From Takakia lepidozioides (Eukaryota; Plantae; Bryophyta): a stretch of DNA of 64,000 nt. Positions 37,469 to 49,768 of this stretch are shown here, in pieces. The notes beneath the pieces were generated by a model. It was not told the DNA's origin and searched no databases. It saw only the letters and a program-made list of their open reading frames with translations. Each line of letters starts with the position of its first letter. Within the stretch, counting starts at the first letter, position 1. The DNA is taken from contig CM060733.1 in NCBI GenBank assembly GCA_030704615.1, positions 21,948,001 to 22,012,000 of the forward strand, given 5' to 3'. A program made the translations under genes and the position numbers.

Positions 37469-38684
37469 AGCGATGATTTGTTGGAGGAATCCGCGAAAGC
37501 TGAGTTCATTCCTAGTTAAATCTAGAATGATAGGATGATTTTGTAGTGCAAATGTCCCTAGCATTATTAATTTTGCCTCTTTGATAGCCCTAGTGTTGAT
37601 GTTAAAGTCAAATGGTTCCAACAATTAATTTGGACCATTGACTAATTAATGCAGTCTTGACTTGGAGGCTAAATTAGTGCTTTAGTGGCATTATTATTGC
37701 CTTGGGAATTATCCCATATCGTTTGCACATAGTGAGGGTGCTTTTCTAGTATATAAGGATAGGCTTGGCTCTTAGGACTTCATCTCTTGGTGTTCCACTG
37801 ATGAGCTTGAGCAATCAAGCGAAACTTGTTTGGAATAAAACACCTTAACTCTTTTTGTGTCTCCACACTTAGAGAAGTCGAGAGTCTAGTCCTTGCCCGT
37901 CCGGGCAACTTGGATCGAAGGGGTGCTCGGCTCTGAGGGGAATCCCAACCCTTGGATACTTCCGAGGCCTTTTTTCTTTCCGAAGCACGGGCGTATAGAA
38001 CCTTCCGTTTGACGCCATCTTAGCCACCGCTTACAATGGGGAAGGCGGCTGGGGGTATATAGTAATCGTGTCGGGCAAGCTAATTTAGCCCCAACTACAC
38101 GGTTCCCCCTGTCGTACGCCCGATGGTCGGAGAGAAGGGATTTGGTTGATCCTCCCTCGAGTTCATCTCGAGCGATCAGAGAACTATGGGCATGCGCAAG
38201 TCTCTGCCGACCTAACCTTCTCGTCGATGACCTTATGCGGTAATCCCTCCCATTCTTCCTTAGAGGTACGAACCTCTTTTTGAAGGTGGGGCATATAAGT
38301 TTTCCAACTAGGGGTTGAGACTTGACCCTATGTTTGTGAGTGCCTTGAGCGCATGCTTGCCCATAGTGAGCAAGATTTTTGTCGCTAAACAAGGAGAAGC
38401 AAACATAAAAAAGCTTATGGTTGGAGCGAAAGTGCCTCATTCTTCAATTAGAGAACCTTATCTCGTGAGGGCGGGAGTCGTTGCATAAGACATAATAGTC
38501 TTATAGCATCCCTTTAGGCACGATAGGCGCACTTTGTATGCATTTGTCTTGGTTTCCATTGCATTTGTATTTGGGTCCTAACCGGCCCCCCTTAAAATTT
38601 ACTGTGTCTTTTTCCAGTATTTTTTCTACTTTTTGTTACCTTTGCAAGCCTTTGTTGACCACCCTAAACCCTAAACCCTAAACC
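37469..38684 (+). mobile_element. PLE family C, 5'-truncated (RT C-terminus + pLTR), ending in a telomeric tract
   Basis: Starts with a frame encoding AMICWRNPRKLSSFLVKSRMIG*, homologous to family A PMVCWKRARNLRSYLVRAMLQI*; USE at 37712-21; TATA at 37750; hammerhead; (ACCCTAA)n at 38661-38684. Confidence 0.8.
37789..37844 (+). ncRNA. Minimal hammerhead ribozyme (family C)
   Basis: TTCCA-CTGATGA-GCTTGA(GCAA)TCAAGC-GAAAC-TT-GTT-TGGAA; stem I extends through GGTGT/ACACC. Confidence 0.88.
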
Positions 38685-40281
38685 GTTTGTATCCCCTGCT
38701 TTAGATCGTTGCATTGTTATGTGCTCTGTGTCTATACGGCATGCCATAAACTCCCTCTCGAGTAGTGTATGGGAGATCTGCATCTAAGTTGTTCCCAGTG
38801 TGTCCATTCTCTTGCAAAACAGAGATAGGGTTCTTATTCTCCTGTGCATCCAGCGAAATAGTTCTCATACGCACATTTGCCTCTTGCATAGGTTTGCAGT
38901 TGCATTTCAGGACACCTCGCATACTTCTATTCTAGTTTCCTGTCTCTCAGGATCTCTCCTTTCAGGTTTGATTCACAGGATCTGAAATTTTTCCAGGGGT
39001 GCATAACTGGCCCCCCTAAAACTTGTTTGCCCGGATCGTGTTTATCTTGCACCCGGTGCATCCGCGTTGTACTGCTACACTTGTTTTGATGCTTTATGTG
39101 AACCCTAAACTTTCTTATAGTGTTAGCTGCAACACATCTTTAATCGCCTTCACGTAATGGAGGCAGATGTTGATCTTCATTCTTTTGACCAAGCTGCTCA
39201 TTCATGTGATGAGGCAACAATACGAAGACCGAGCCGTGTTTCTTCTTGGAGGTCGGAAGGTGGGGATCGTGGTTGGACACGTTCGGGACAACAGAGCTGC
39301 AGGCTTTAGCAAGACGATGGTTGCGCGATGGTCTGCGTGTGCAAAGCTCTTACGAGTTGTGCGTTCCTTTTGAAGTGGTTTCAGCCCTTACGACTTTGCA
39401 CAACATGCTCTAACTTCAGCATAATTGGTTGTTGCATAGTCATAAACTCACGGAGTTAGTTGTATTTGAGAGATATGCAATTGACTATTTGGATGATTTT
39501 TATTCTTTGGATCTAGTTCTCTCTTGTCGAGAACTTGTTTTCATCCACTGGATGACTTTCTCCCACCGAGACTTTTTGGACTATTCTCTCCGTACGAGAC
39601 GTCTGTTGGATGGTTTTTCTCCTCACGAGACATCTACTGGAAGATTGTCCACACGAGGCAGTTCACTCCTAGTAGTATATAAGCGGGGGGTGGGGTTTGT
39701 ATCTCATTCCTTTTCTTTCCCACTGATGAGCTCACGCGCTGAGCGAAACTAGTCTGGGGTCTATAAAGATTTGGCTTCGCTACTTTGCATGATCTTGCCT
39801 CGTGGTCTCACCCTTTGAAGTTGTCGAGTTTTAGATGCATTTGTATCCCCTGCTTTAGATCATTGCATTGTTATGTGCTCTGTGTCTATACGGCATGCCA
39901 TAAACTCCCTCTCGAGTAGTGCATGTGAGATCTGCATCTAAGTTGTTCCTAGTGTGTCCATTCTTTTGCAAAACAGAGATAGGGTTCTTATTCTCCTGTG
40001 CATCCAGCGAAATAGTTCTCATACGCACATTTTGTCTCTTGCATAGGTTTGCAGTTGCATTTCAGGACACCTCGCATACTTCTATTCTAGTTTCCTGTCT
40101 CTCAGGATCTCTCCTTTCAGGTTTGATTCACAGGATCTGAAATTTTTCCAGGGGTGCATAACTGGCCCCCCCCTAAAACTTGTTTGCCCGGATCGTGTTT
40201 ATCTTGCACCCGGTGCATCCGCGTTGTACTGCTACACTTGTTTTGATGCTTTATGTGAACCCTAAACCCTAAACCCTAAAC
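38685..40281 (+). mobile_element. PLE family B, non-autonomous unit of about 1155 bp in partial tandem, ending in a telomeric tract
   Basis: 38685-39110 repeats at ~39840-40267 (period about 1155); homologous to the family A pLTR; only ~350 bp internal sequence and no RT; (AACCCTA)n at 40258-40281. Confidence 0.82.
39717..39760 (+). ncRNA. Minimal hammerhead ribozyme (family B, GUC cleavage triplet)
   Basis: TTCCCA-CTGATGA-GCTCACGCGCTGAGC-GAAAC-TA-GTC-TGGGG. Confidence 0.9.
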
Positions 40282-42241
40282 TTGTGAGGGCAGGCTCTTC
40301 CATTTCCCGCACTGGCAAATGACCTACTGTTGTGTTTGCCTGCAATCTTTCTTATTCATGAAGCAGCGGCGCTCATAAGGTGATGGGGGAAGTATCATGC
40401 ACTTTGTAAATATGCACTTTCTCCTCAAGTATCCCAATTTGTTGCATTCTGCTGTGATCTCTTGAGATTCAGGTGTTGAATGTCACAGCGTCCCACTCCA
40501 CAAACGATCAAAGTTCTCTGTGGTGTCGCATCTATGTTTTACTTTTGATCAGTTTGCTCACTGTAGAATGCATGTTGGACATGGATAGCAACTGTGAAGA
40601 CCTGCTACTCACCTCGTGCATCCTCACTAACACACATCTTGATGTGGTGGTTTTTGGGACGGGCACAGGTGAGGGTCTTCACTCGATGTGTATTTTTTCA
40701 GTTTGCAGATGATCAAAGGACTTGGCGATGGTGACGATTGACGCTACATACTGCTTCAGTGGGGCATCCGATACGATTCGGCCTCTCAACCTTAATCCTT
40801 TTTGGGTTTTATGGGTTGTAACCTGATTATAAGTCAGTTTTCTGGTATGATACCAGTCTGATCTTTGGCACCATATTAGTGAGGTTTTCAACCTGATTGT
40901 AAATCAGTTTTCTGGCATGATACCAGTCTGAGCTTCGGCTGCATTTTGATATGGTGCTGGAGTACCATCTCCAGACCTTATAAGGCTATCCAATGATGCT
41001 TAAGATAGGCCTTCTCATGCTGATTTAACACGGTAAGTACCAAGCGGTCCTTTTTTACCATTGAGGTCAGAGTTCTAAATTTAAAATAGCCCCGGTTACA
41101 CTGTTTTAACTTAGAGATTACCAAGCAGCTGGCGTGATGGGCTTTTCAGATTACATAACACTTGTTTTAAGGTTGCCAAGCGATGCCATTGGAACCATCC
41201 TTTGAATTTGAAACAGGTTCAGTTTTACTATGTTAACTTGGAAAGTACCAAGTTGTACTTGACTTGGAAGAATACCAAGCAGTGGTCTTGTTGGGCTTTT
41301 TCAAAATACATAGGGGCTGGTTTAACTTATCGAACTACCTTTTGGAATACCCTTTGAGCTGGTGTTGTCTATAAAGTTATGATTATGCTCATTGTAGCAC
41401 TCCACTCTGATTGAGTTTTGGAGAGATGATTGGAAAACCAGATCCAGACCTTTTGTGCATTCATGGAACATAGAAATAGCATGCTGGCTGGTCTACATTA
41501 TCAGGCTGGGCTCTTGGAATTGCAACACCTGCAACTCATTCTTAAAGGCTCAAGTGTTTATGCTGATCTGGTATGTACCCCAAAATGATGCCAAAAAACA
41601 GCATCATGAGCGGTCGCAAGTAATAGTTGTTGCAGTAAGGCGATTTGATCCTCGATGATGATCATACCTTGGCCAGGGGACAACGACGCAATGGCGTGAG
41701 CACGTGAGCGCGTGCTCACGCAGGAGTGACGTGGCGTGAGCGTGCACCCACGCTGACGTGGCGTGAGCGTGATGTCATCAGGTTGACATGGCGGCAAATG
41801 CTGACGTGACACTGTATCCCCATCTGCCACGTCAACATGAACATGTGGCGCCTATAACCGAGGATGGTCCTATGACCATGGGATTAATGCAAAGAATCAT
41901 TACCTGAATAAAAGATGATTGTAGTGCATAACGACAGGAGAACATGTAGACTTCAAAAGGAGCAATGATGCATGTGCTTTTAAAAGTTGCCACTGAGACC
42001 TCACTGAGTATAGTTCGAAGCATAATGGAGGGATAAGGGATGCCATATCATTGCACCAACTACGATATTGCAAATGAATTGAATTGAATTGAATTTCCAT
42101 GACAATGTTGCAAATTGCACAGTTCATATGGTCGTCCACACACCAGATTGCATACTCATAGTCCATAAAAAGCACATTTCAGATTGCACATTCCAGATTG
42201 CACATTCACCACATTCCAGATACACGAAATGATAGTTGATG

Positions 42242-43624
42242 CTACCTATGTGTTGAATCCCGCTGCAACAGATTATCGACCTCGTTGAAACTCGGCGTGG
42301 CCTGGTGAACGAAATTGTCACGCTTTGGATCGCAAACCATCCTCTTCAAAAATATGTAATACAAATTTTTGCAGGGTATGAATTTTCCTCTCTTGCCCAA
42401 ACTGGTTAATAGCATATTCACAAAATCAGGACATGTGCAATTGGGGAAATTAGAAACCGTGACGTCATAGGCCCTATCATGAACAGCAAATGTCGAAGTG
42501 ATCATTGTGTACACCCAACCATACCCTGGATCGGGTACTTCCGTGGTGCTTGCAACACGAGCTTGGAGCATTCTTGCGGACTCCACTTTGCCGAAATGTT
42601 CAGCGGTTGGAGGGAAACGCCAAACCAGCTTTCCATCTCGTTTGGTTGGCCACAAGTCAGGATTTGTCGGAGGGACCCGAGATGACACAGAAATAGAAGC
42701 ACATGCATGCAGTTGGGGTTGTCTCGCAAGGGAAAAGCCTACCTCCTCCACCATTGCAATCTCCTGACTTGTGAGATGTGTTCCCATCTTGACGGGCCAA
42801 ATGGTTGGAGGAGCTGGCTTCATCACCACGGAAGGTCGCACAGTTCCATGCACACATCTACCACAATCGTCTGCGCAGAACCAGAACTTGTGGTTCTTGG
42901 CTTCTGGTTGGCCGTATGGACGCATCAAACCCGTGAAAGTAGGAGCAGGAGTCCAGGCACCGCCCCTGGATATAGATGAAGTACATTTCTCGAAATTAGT
43001 TGCCCTGATTGCTGTACATTTTACACGAGACCCTGCATTTGTGTGTTTTATGTGCCAAACGTGGTCAGAGCATGCGGACTCCAGCACATGAAGGGGGTAG
43101 TTTCTCTCCTACACCATTTCAGTGGTACTGTTTGATGCTAGAGCCTACCGTCGTGTCGGAGGTTCCTCCACAATGGAGATTCCGGAAATGGATCTGTCAT
43201 GCAGGGGAACACGAGGCTTCGAGAAGTTATCACGGTCTGCCCTGTGCGAATCGGATTCCGAACCAGGTTGGGTGTTCAATTTCCTCTTACAGTAGCCGAA
43301 TCTCTCATCCCCTTCAAGATGTGGAACTCTTGAAACAAGTGGCGTTCCCTGGGCATACATGCTCACCGCTCGTGCTATCTTGCTTGGATCCCCAGATCTA
43401 TTTGCAGCACGCAACATCAACTCCAGTTTGTCCGGACCTTTGCCACTAACCCCACATCGCAAGAAATCTCGGTATCTGGTTTGTTGTTGCAAGGCACGTA
43501 TCAGATCATCTGTTGTTGCCACATACAAATCCCGACCGCGTTTCCCAGACTGTTGCAACCATGCGTTGTGCACAGTCTCTGTCAAATTGCAAGATGGCAT
43601 GTCCGCCATTTCTTCAATGGACAT
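42242..43624 (-). pseudogene. SWIM zinc-finger (MULE-like transposase C-terminal) remnant
   Basis: NLTETVHNAW (MULE catalytic-E region) and PNCTCPDF...PCKNLYYIF (degenerate SWIM CxC...CxH); split ORFs, 5'-truncated by the tandem repeat. Confidence 0.6.
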
Positions 43625-43636
43625 GTTCTACATAGT

Positions 43637-45498
43637 GATCTGATATTAGTCCGAGACCTGTGAGAGGGTGTCTGGAACGTGCTCGCAAAGTTTGGAAGCT
43701 AACAAAAATGATTTGGATGGGCAACCATCCGTTCACCCGTTGAATGTATTCTGTTGGAGTTGTTATTGCTTTGGGACCTGTTGGACTGTGTTTCGTGTGC
43801 TCGCGATTTTTTTTTTCATTCCGTTTTTGAATGGGGCGTGTAATGTAGCCATATGCAACGTGCGTGCCAAATTTGGGAGCGATCAAAATTCATTTGGACC
43901 CAAAACCACAGTTTCTTCCCTGTTTTGCACTCCAAACTTGATTTGTTTTACTTCATGCACTCTTCATAGAGAGTTTCGCAATAGTGAGCGAAGAGAACAC
44001 TTTTTTTTTGGGGCATTTTTTATTGGTCCAAATTTTGGCGGGGGAGTAGCCGTGGGATGTTGGAAGCCGCAGAACAAAATTGAGCCAAAAACAAAATCGA
44101 TACGTGCCAGAAACCCCCACTGAAAGGCAGCGCAAACCTATTTATTGGCTTAAAATAAATTTAAATTCAATTAAATTGTGGAATGGCTTGCGTCGATGGG
44201 GAGGCAAATGATTTATTCCTCTATTGTGTCTCCGCACATGATGTGGGCAAAAGAGGGGCTTCAACCACATCCGTTCAATGGGTGCAATAGCCGTGCACGC
44301 ATTGCAAGATTTCTTTTTCGCATTGAACAAAAACCAGATGACAAGGGAACGCCTCATTGGACAATCGAACGATTTTTCGATTGATCTTGTATTACACTGG
44401 GACGTATCTGAGGGTACATTGAACACACTGGCCAAGTTTCAAAGCGAACGAAAATCATTTGGATGGGCAACCATCCGTTGGCCCATTGAACGAATTTCGA
44501 TTGATCTCATATTACTCTGGGGCCTCTTACATGGCACATTGAACACAGTGGCTAAGTCTCGAAGCGAACCAAAATCATTTCGATGGCCAACCATCCGTTG
44601 AACCATCGAATGAATTTTGATTGATCTGATATTAGTCCGGGACCTGTGAGAGGGTGTCTGGAACGTGCTCGCAAAGTTTGGAAGCTAACAAAAATGATTT
44701 GGATGGGCAACCATCCGTTCACCCGTTGAATGTATTCTGTTGGAGCTGGTATTGCTTTGGGACCTGTTGGGCTGTGTTTCGCGTGCTCACGACTTTTTTT
44801 TCATTCCGTTTTTGAATGGGGCGTGTAATGTAGCCATATGCAACGTGCGTGCCAAATTTGGGAGCGATCAAAATTCATTTTGGCCCAAAACCACAGTTTC
44901 TTCCCTGTTTTGCACTCTAAACTTGATTTGTGTTCTACTTCATGCACTCTTCATAGAAAGTTCTGTAATAGTGAGCGAAGAGAACACTTTTTTTTTGGGG
45001 CATTTTTTATTGGTCCAAATTTTGGCGGGGGAATAGCCGTGGGATGCTGGAAGCCGCAGAACAAAATTGAGTAAAAAACAAAATCGATACGTGCCAGAAA
45101 CCCCCACTGAAAGGCAGCGCAAACCTATTTATTGGCTTAAAATAAATTTAAATTCAATTAAATTGTGGAATGGCTTGCGTCGATGGGGAGGCAAATGATT
45201 TATTCGTCTGTTGTGTCTTCGCACACGTGTCGCACACATGCGAGCAAAAGAGGGGCTTCAACCACATCCGTTCAATGGGTGCAATAGCCGTGCACGCATT
45301 GCAAGATTTCTTTTTCGCATTGAACAAAAACCAGATGACAAGTGAACGCCTCATTGGACAATCGAACGATTTTTCGATTGATCTCGTATTACACTGGGAC
45401 GTATCAGAGGGTACATTGAACATCCTGACCAAGTTTCAAAGCGAACGAAAATCATTTGGATGGGCAACCATCCGTTGGCCCATTGAACGAATTTCGAT
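43637..45498. repeat. ~986-bp tandem duplication with ~120-bp subrepeats
   Basis: GATCTGATATTAGTCCG.GACCTGTGAGAGGG at 43637 and 44623; recurring GGATGGGCAACCATCCGTT. Confidence 0.85.
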
Positions 45499-46688
45499 GA
45501 TGTGTTACAGCTAACACTGTAAGAAAGTTTAGGGTTCACATAAAGCGTCAAAACAAGTGTAGCAGTACAACGCGGATGCACCGGGTGCAAGATAAACACG
45601 ATCCGGGCTAACAAGTTTTAGGGGGTCAGTTATGCACCCCTGGAAAATTTTCAGATTCTTGTGAATCAAACCTGAAAATGAGAGATCCTGAGAGACAGGA
45701 AACTAGAAGGGTTTAGGATTTTTAGGGTTTAGGGTGGTCAACAAAGGCTTGCAAAGGTAATAAAAAACAGAAAAAATACTGGAAAAAGACACAGTAAATT
45801 TTAAGGGGGGCCGGTTCGGACCCAAATACAAATGCAATGGAAACCAAGACAAATGCATACAAAGTGCGCCTATCGTGCCTAAAGGGATGCTATAAGACTA
45901 TTATGTCTTATGCAAGGACTCCCGCCCTCACGAGATAAAGTTCTCTAATTGAAGAATGAGGCACTTTCGCTCCAACCGTAAGCTTTTTTATGTTTGCTTC
46001 TCTTTGTTTAGCGACAAAAATCTTGCTCACTATGGGCAAGCATGCGCTCAAGGCACTCACAAACATAGGGTCAAGTCTCAACCCCTAGTTGGAAAACTTG
46101 TATGCCCCACCTTCAAGTTTAGGGTTTGGGGTTTGGGGTTTATGGGTTTAGGGTTAGGGCCTACAAAAGAGTGGAAACAGATACATGTAGCAGTGCAACA
46201 GAGTTCGAACCGCGAATGCACCGGGTGCATTAGTAGCAAAGTGCAAACAAGTTTTTAGGGGGGCCAGTTATGGACACCTTAGAAAACTTGTAGAAATATC
46301 TAGCCTGTGAATCAAAACTAAAAGAATCGATCCTGAGACACAGAAAACTAGAATAGAACAGAGTGGGAGTGATGTTGCAACGTTCTAAAGTGCAAATGCA
46401 AAGATATGCAAGAGGCAAGTGTGTGTGATGAAACTAATTCACTGTAAGGACATGAGAATAGTAACCTATCTCTAAGAAAGAGAATAGACACACTAAAGAA
46501 CAGTCTTAGAAGGAGATCTAACATGCAACACTCGAAAATGAGTTTAAAACATGCACTACAATAGACACAAAACAAATGAATGCAATGAACTATGCAGAAG
46601 ATCAAATCTAAAACTCAACAACAACAACAACGCCGCCAATGAGACAAAGAGACAAGAACACAAGATGCAGCAAAGCGAATCTCTATAA

Positions 46689-46732
46689 TCCCCAAACTAG
46701 TTTCGCTCAGCGCTTGAGCTCATGAGTGGGAA
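46689..46732 (-). ncRNA. Family A hammerhead with a mutated core (CTCATGA), probably inactive
   Basis: Reverse complement reads TTCCCA-CTCATGA-GCTCAAGCGCTGAGC-GAAAC-TA-GTT-TGGGGA. Confidence 0.75.
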
Positions 46733-47957
46733 AGAGAAGGAAAAGAGATACAATGTGTACCCCTCACCCCGCTTATATACTGCGGAAAGTGAACTTGTCT
46801 GGGGGGGGAGAGAAAATACCTAATGGATGGAAAACATCCAAAATTGTCTTGGCTGGAGAGATCGTCCAACACATGAAAACTTAGATGAAAAACATCCAAA
46901 GTTTTTTCGGTAGCGGAGAAATATCCAACGCATGAAAATCTAGATATAAAACATCCTAATGATCTCTCCAAAATGGATAATCATCCAAACTAGAAGCTAA
47001 CTGCATATCTCAAATACAACTAGCCTCTAGATTTGTAACATAGCACGAACTAGATAGGAACGCAAGTTCCGTGCCCTCTTCCAACATACCATAGGTCTGT
47101 CAAAGGACGCTAACTAGGAAATTTCAAAAAGCCCTCATGAAGTTTAGGGTTTAGGACACCCTCAAAGCTTAGAGCTTGAGTATAATGCGAATGCTCAAGT
47201 TTCAGAACCAAGAGGGCCCGCTTGCCCGTCAACTTACGAGTGGACTCTGAAGTCAACAGTGTAGCACGTTGTGCATAGTCACAAAGCACAAAATATTCCA
47301 AGATAAAAGACTTTGGATAGCCTCACAAGTTTAGGGTTTACGGTTTAGGGTTTACGGTTTTTTAGGGTTTTAGGGTTTAGGGTTTAGGGGTTTAAGAAAA
47401 GGGTTTTTGTTTTTGTTTTTATTTTTGTTTTTTTAGGGTTTAGGGGTTTAGGGTTTAGGGTTCACATAAAGCGTCAAAACAAGTGTAGCAGTACAATGCG
47501 GATGCACCGGGTGCAAGATAAACACGATCCGGGCAAACAAGTTTTAGGAGGGCCAGTTATGCACCCCTGGAAAAATTTCAGATCCTGTGAATCAAACCTG
47601 AAAGGAGAGATCCTAAGAGACAGGAAACTAGAATAGAAGTATGCGAGGTGTCCTGAAATGCAACTGCAAACCTATGCAAGAGACAAAATGTGCGTATGAG
47701 AACTATTTCGCTGGATGCACAGGAGAATAAGAACCCTATCTCTGTTTTGCAAAAGAATGGACACACTAGGAACAACTTAGATGCAGATGTCACATGCACT
47801 ACTCGAGAGGGAGTTTATGGCATGCCGTATAGACACAAAGCACATAACAATGCAATGATCTAAAGCGGGGGATACAAACGCATCTAAAACTCGACAACTT
47901 CAAAGGGTGAGACCACGAGGCAAGATCATGCAAAGTAGTGAAGCCAAATCTTTATAG

Positions 47958-48001
47958 ACCCCAGACTAGTTTCGCTCAGCGCGTGAGCTCATCAGTGGGA
48001 A
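47958..48001 (-). ncRNA. Family B hammerhead ribozyme
   Basis: Reverse complement of 39717-39760. Confidence 0.9.
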
Positions 48002-49768
48002 AGAAAATGAATGAGATACAAACCCCACCCCCCGCTTATATACTACTAGGAGTGAAATGCCTCGTGTGGACAATCTTCCAGTGGATGTCTCGTGAGGAGA
48101 AAACCATCCAACAGATGTCTCGTACGGAGAGAATAGTCCAAAAAGTCTTGGTGGGAGAAAGTCATCCAGTGGATGAAAACAAGTTCTTGACAAGAGAGAA
48201 CTAGATCCAAAGAATAAAAATCATTCAAATAGTCAATTGCATATCTCTCAAATACAACTAACTCCGTGAGTTTATGACTATGCAACAACCAATTATGCTG
48301 AAGTTAGAGCATGTTGTGCAAAGTCATAAGGGCTGAAACCACTTCGAAAGGGTTTAGGGTTTAGGATTTAGGGTGACTTTTTGAAGTTGTCGAGTTTTAG
48401 ATGCGTTTGTATCCCCTACTTTAGATCATTGCATTGTTATGTGCTCTTTCTCTATACGGCATGCCATAAACTCCCTCTCGAGTAGTGCATGTGAGATCTG
48501 CATCTAAGTTGTTCCTAGTGTGTCCATTCTCTTGCAAAACAGAGATAGGGTTCTTATTATCCTGTGCATCCAGTGAAATAGTTCTCATACGCACATTTGC
48601 CTCTTGCATAGGTTTGCAGTTGCATTTCAGGACACCTCGCATATTTCTATTCTAGTTTCCTGTCTCTCAGGATCTGTTCTTTCAGGTTTGATTCACAGGA
48701 TCTGAAATTTTTCCAAGGGTGCATAACTGGCCTCCCCTAAAACTTGTTTGCCCGGATCGTGTTTATCTTGCACCCGATGCATCCGCGTTGTACTGCTACA
48801 CTTGTTTTGACGCTTTATGTGAACCCTAAATTTTCTTATAGTGTTAGCTGCAACACATCTTTAATCGCCTTAGGTTAAAGAGAATCCAATTGTAGATTTA
48901 AGAGCAGAGGCTCAAACATTTAGGGTTTAGAGTTTAGGGTTAGGGGTTTAGGGTGGTCAACAAAGACTTGCAAAGGTAACAAAAAATAGAAAAAATACTG
49001 GAAAAAGACAGTAAATTTTAAGGGGGGCCGGTTCGGACCCAAATACAAATGCAATGGAAACCAAGACAAATGCATACAAAGTGCGTCTATCGTGCCTAAA
49101 TGGATGCTATAAGACTATTATGTCTTATGCAAGGACTCCCACCCTCACGAGATAAGGTTCTCTAATTGAAGAATGAGGCACTTTCGCTCCAACCGTAAGC
49201 TTTTTTATGTTTGCTTCTCCTTGTTTAGCAACAAAAATCTTGCTCACTATGGGCAAGCATGCGCTCAAGGCACTCACAAACATAGGGTCAAGTCTCAACC
49301 CCTAGTTGGAAAACTTATATGCCCCACCTTCAAAAAGAGGTTCGTACCTCTAAGGAAGAATGGGAGGGATTACCGCATAAGGTCATCGACGAGAAGGTTA
49401 GGTCGACAGAGGCTTGCGCATGCCCATAGTCCTCTGATCGCTCGAGATGAACTCGAGGGAGGATCAACCAAGTCCCTTCTCTCCGACCATCGGGCGTACG
49501 ACAGGGGGAACCGTGTAGTCAGGGCTAAATTAGCTTGCCCGACACGATTACCATATACCCCCAGCCGCCTTCCCCATTGTAAGCGGTGGCTAAGATGGCG
49601 TCAAACGGAAGGCTCTATACGCCCGTGCTTCGGAAAGAAAAACGGCCTCGGAAGTATCCAAGGGTTGGGATTCCCCTTGGAGCCGAGCACCCCTTCGATC
49701 CAAATTGCCCGGGCGGGCAAGGACTAGACTCTCGACTTTTCTAAGTGTGGAGACACAAAAAGAGTTAA

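Noticed and set aside
37886-38440. 184-aa ORF, also at 49173-49727
   Set aside because: Antisense within the family C pLTR with no recognisable domain; its presence in both copies is explained by recent duplication.
43637-45498. CRISPR-like array of GGATGGGCAACCATCCGTT
   Set aside because: Eukaryotic context; the intervening sequences are homologous to each other and irregular; no cas genes.
37318-48953. End-to-end chromosome fusion site
   Set aside because: A fusion gives TTTAGGG followed by CCCTAAA; here the order is CCCTAAA on the left and TTTAGGG on the right.
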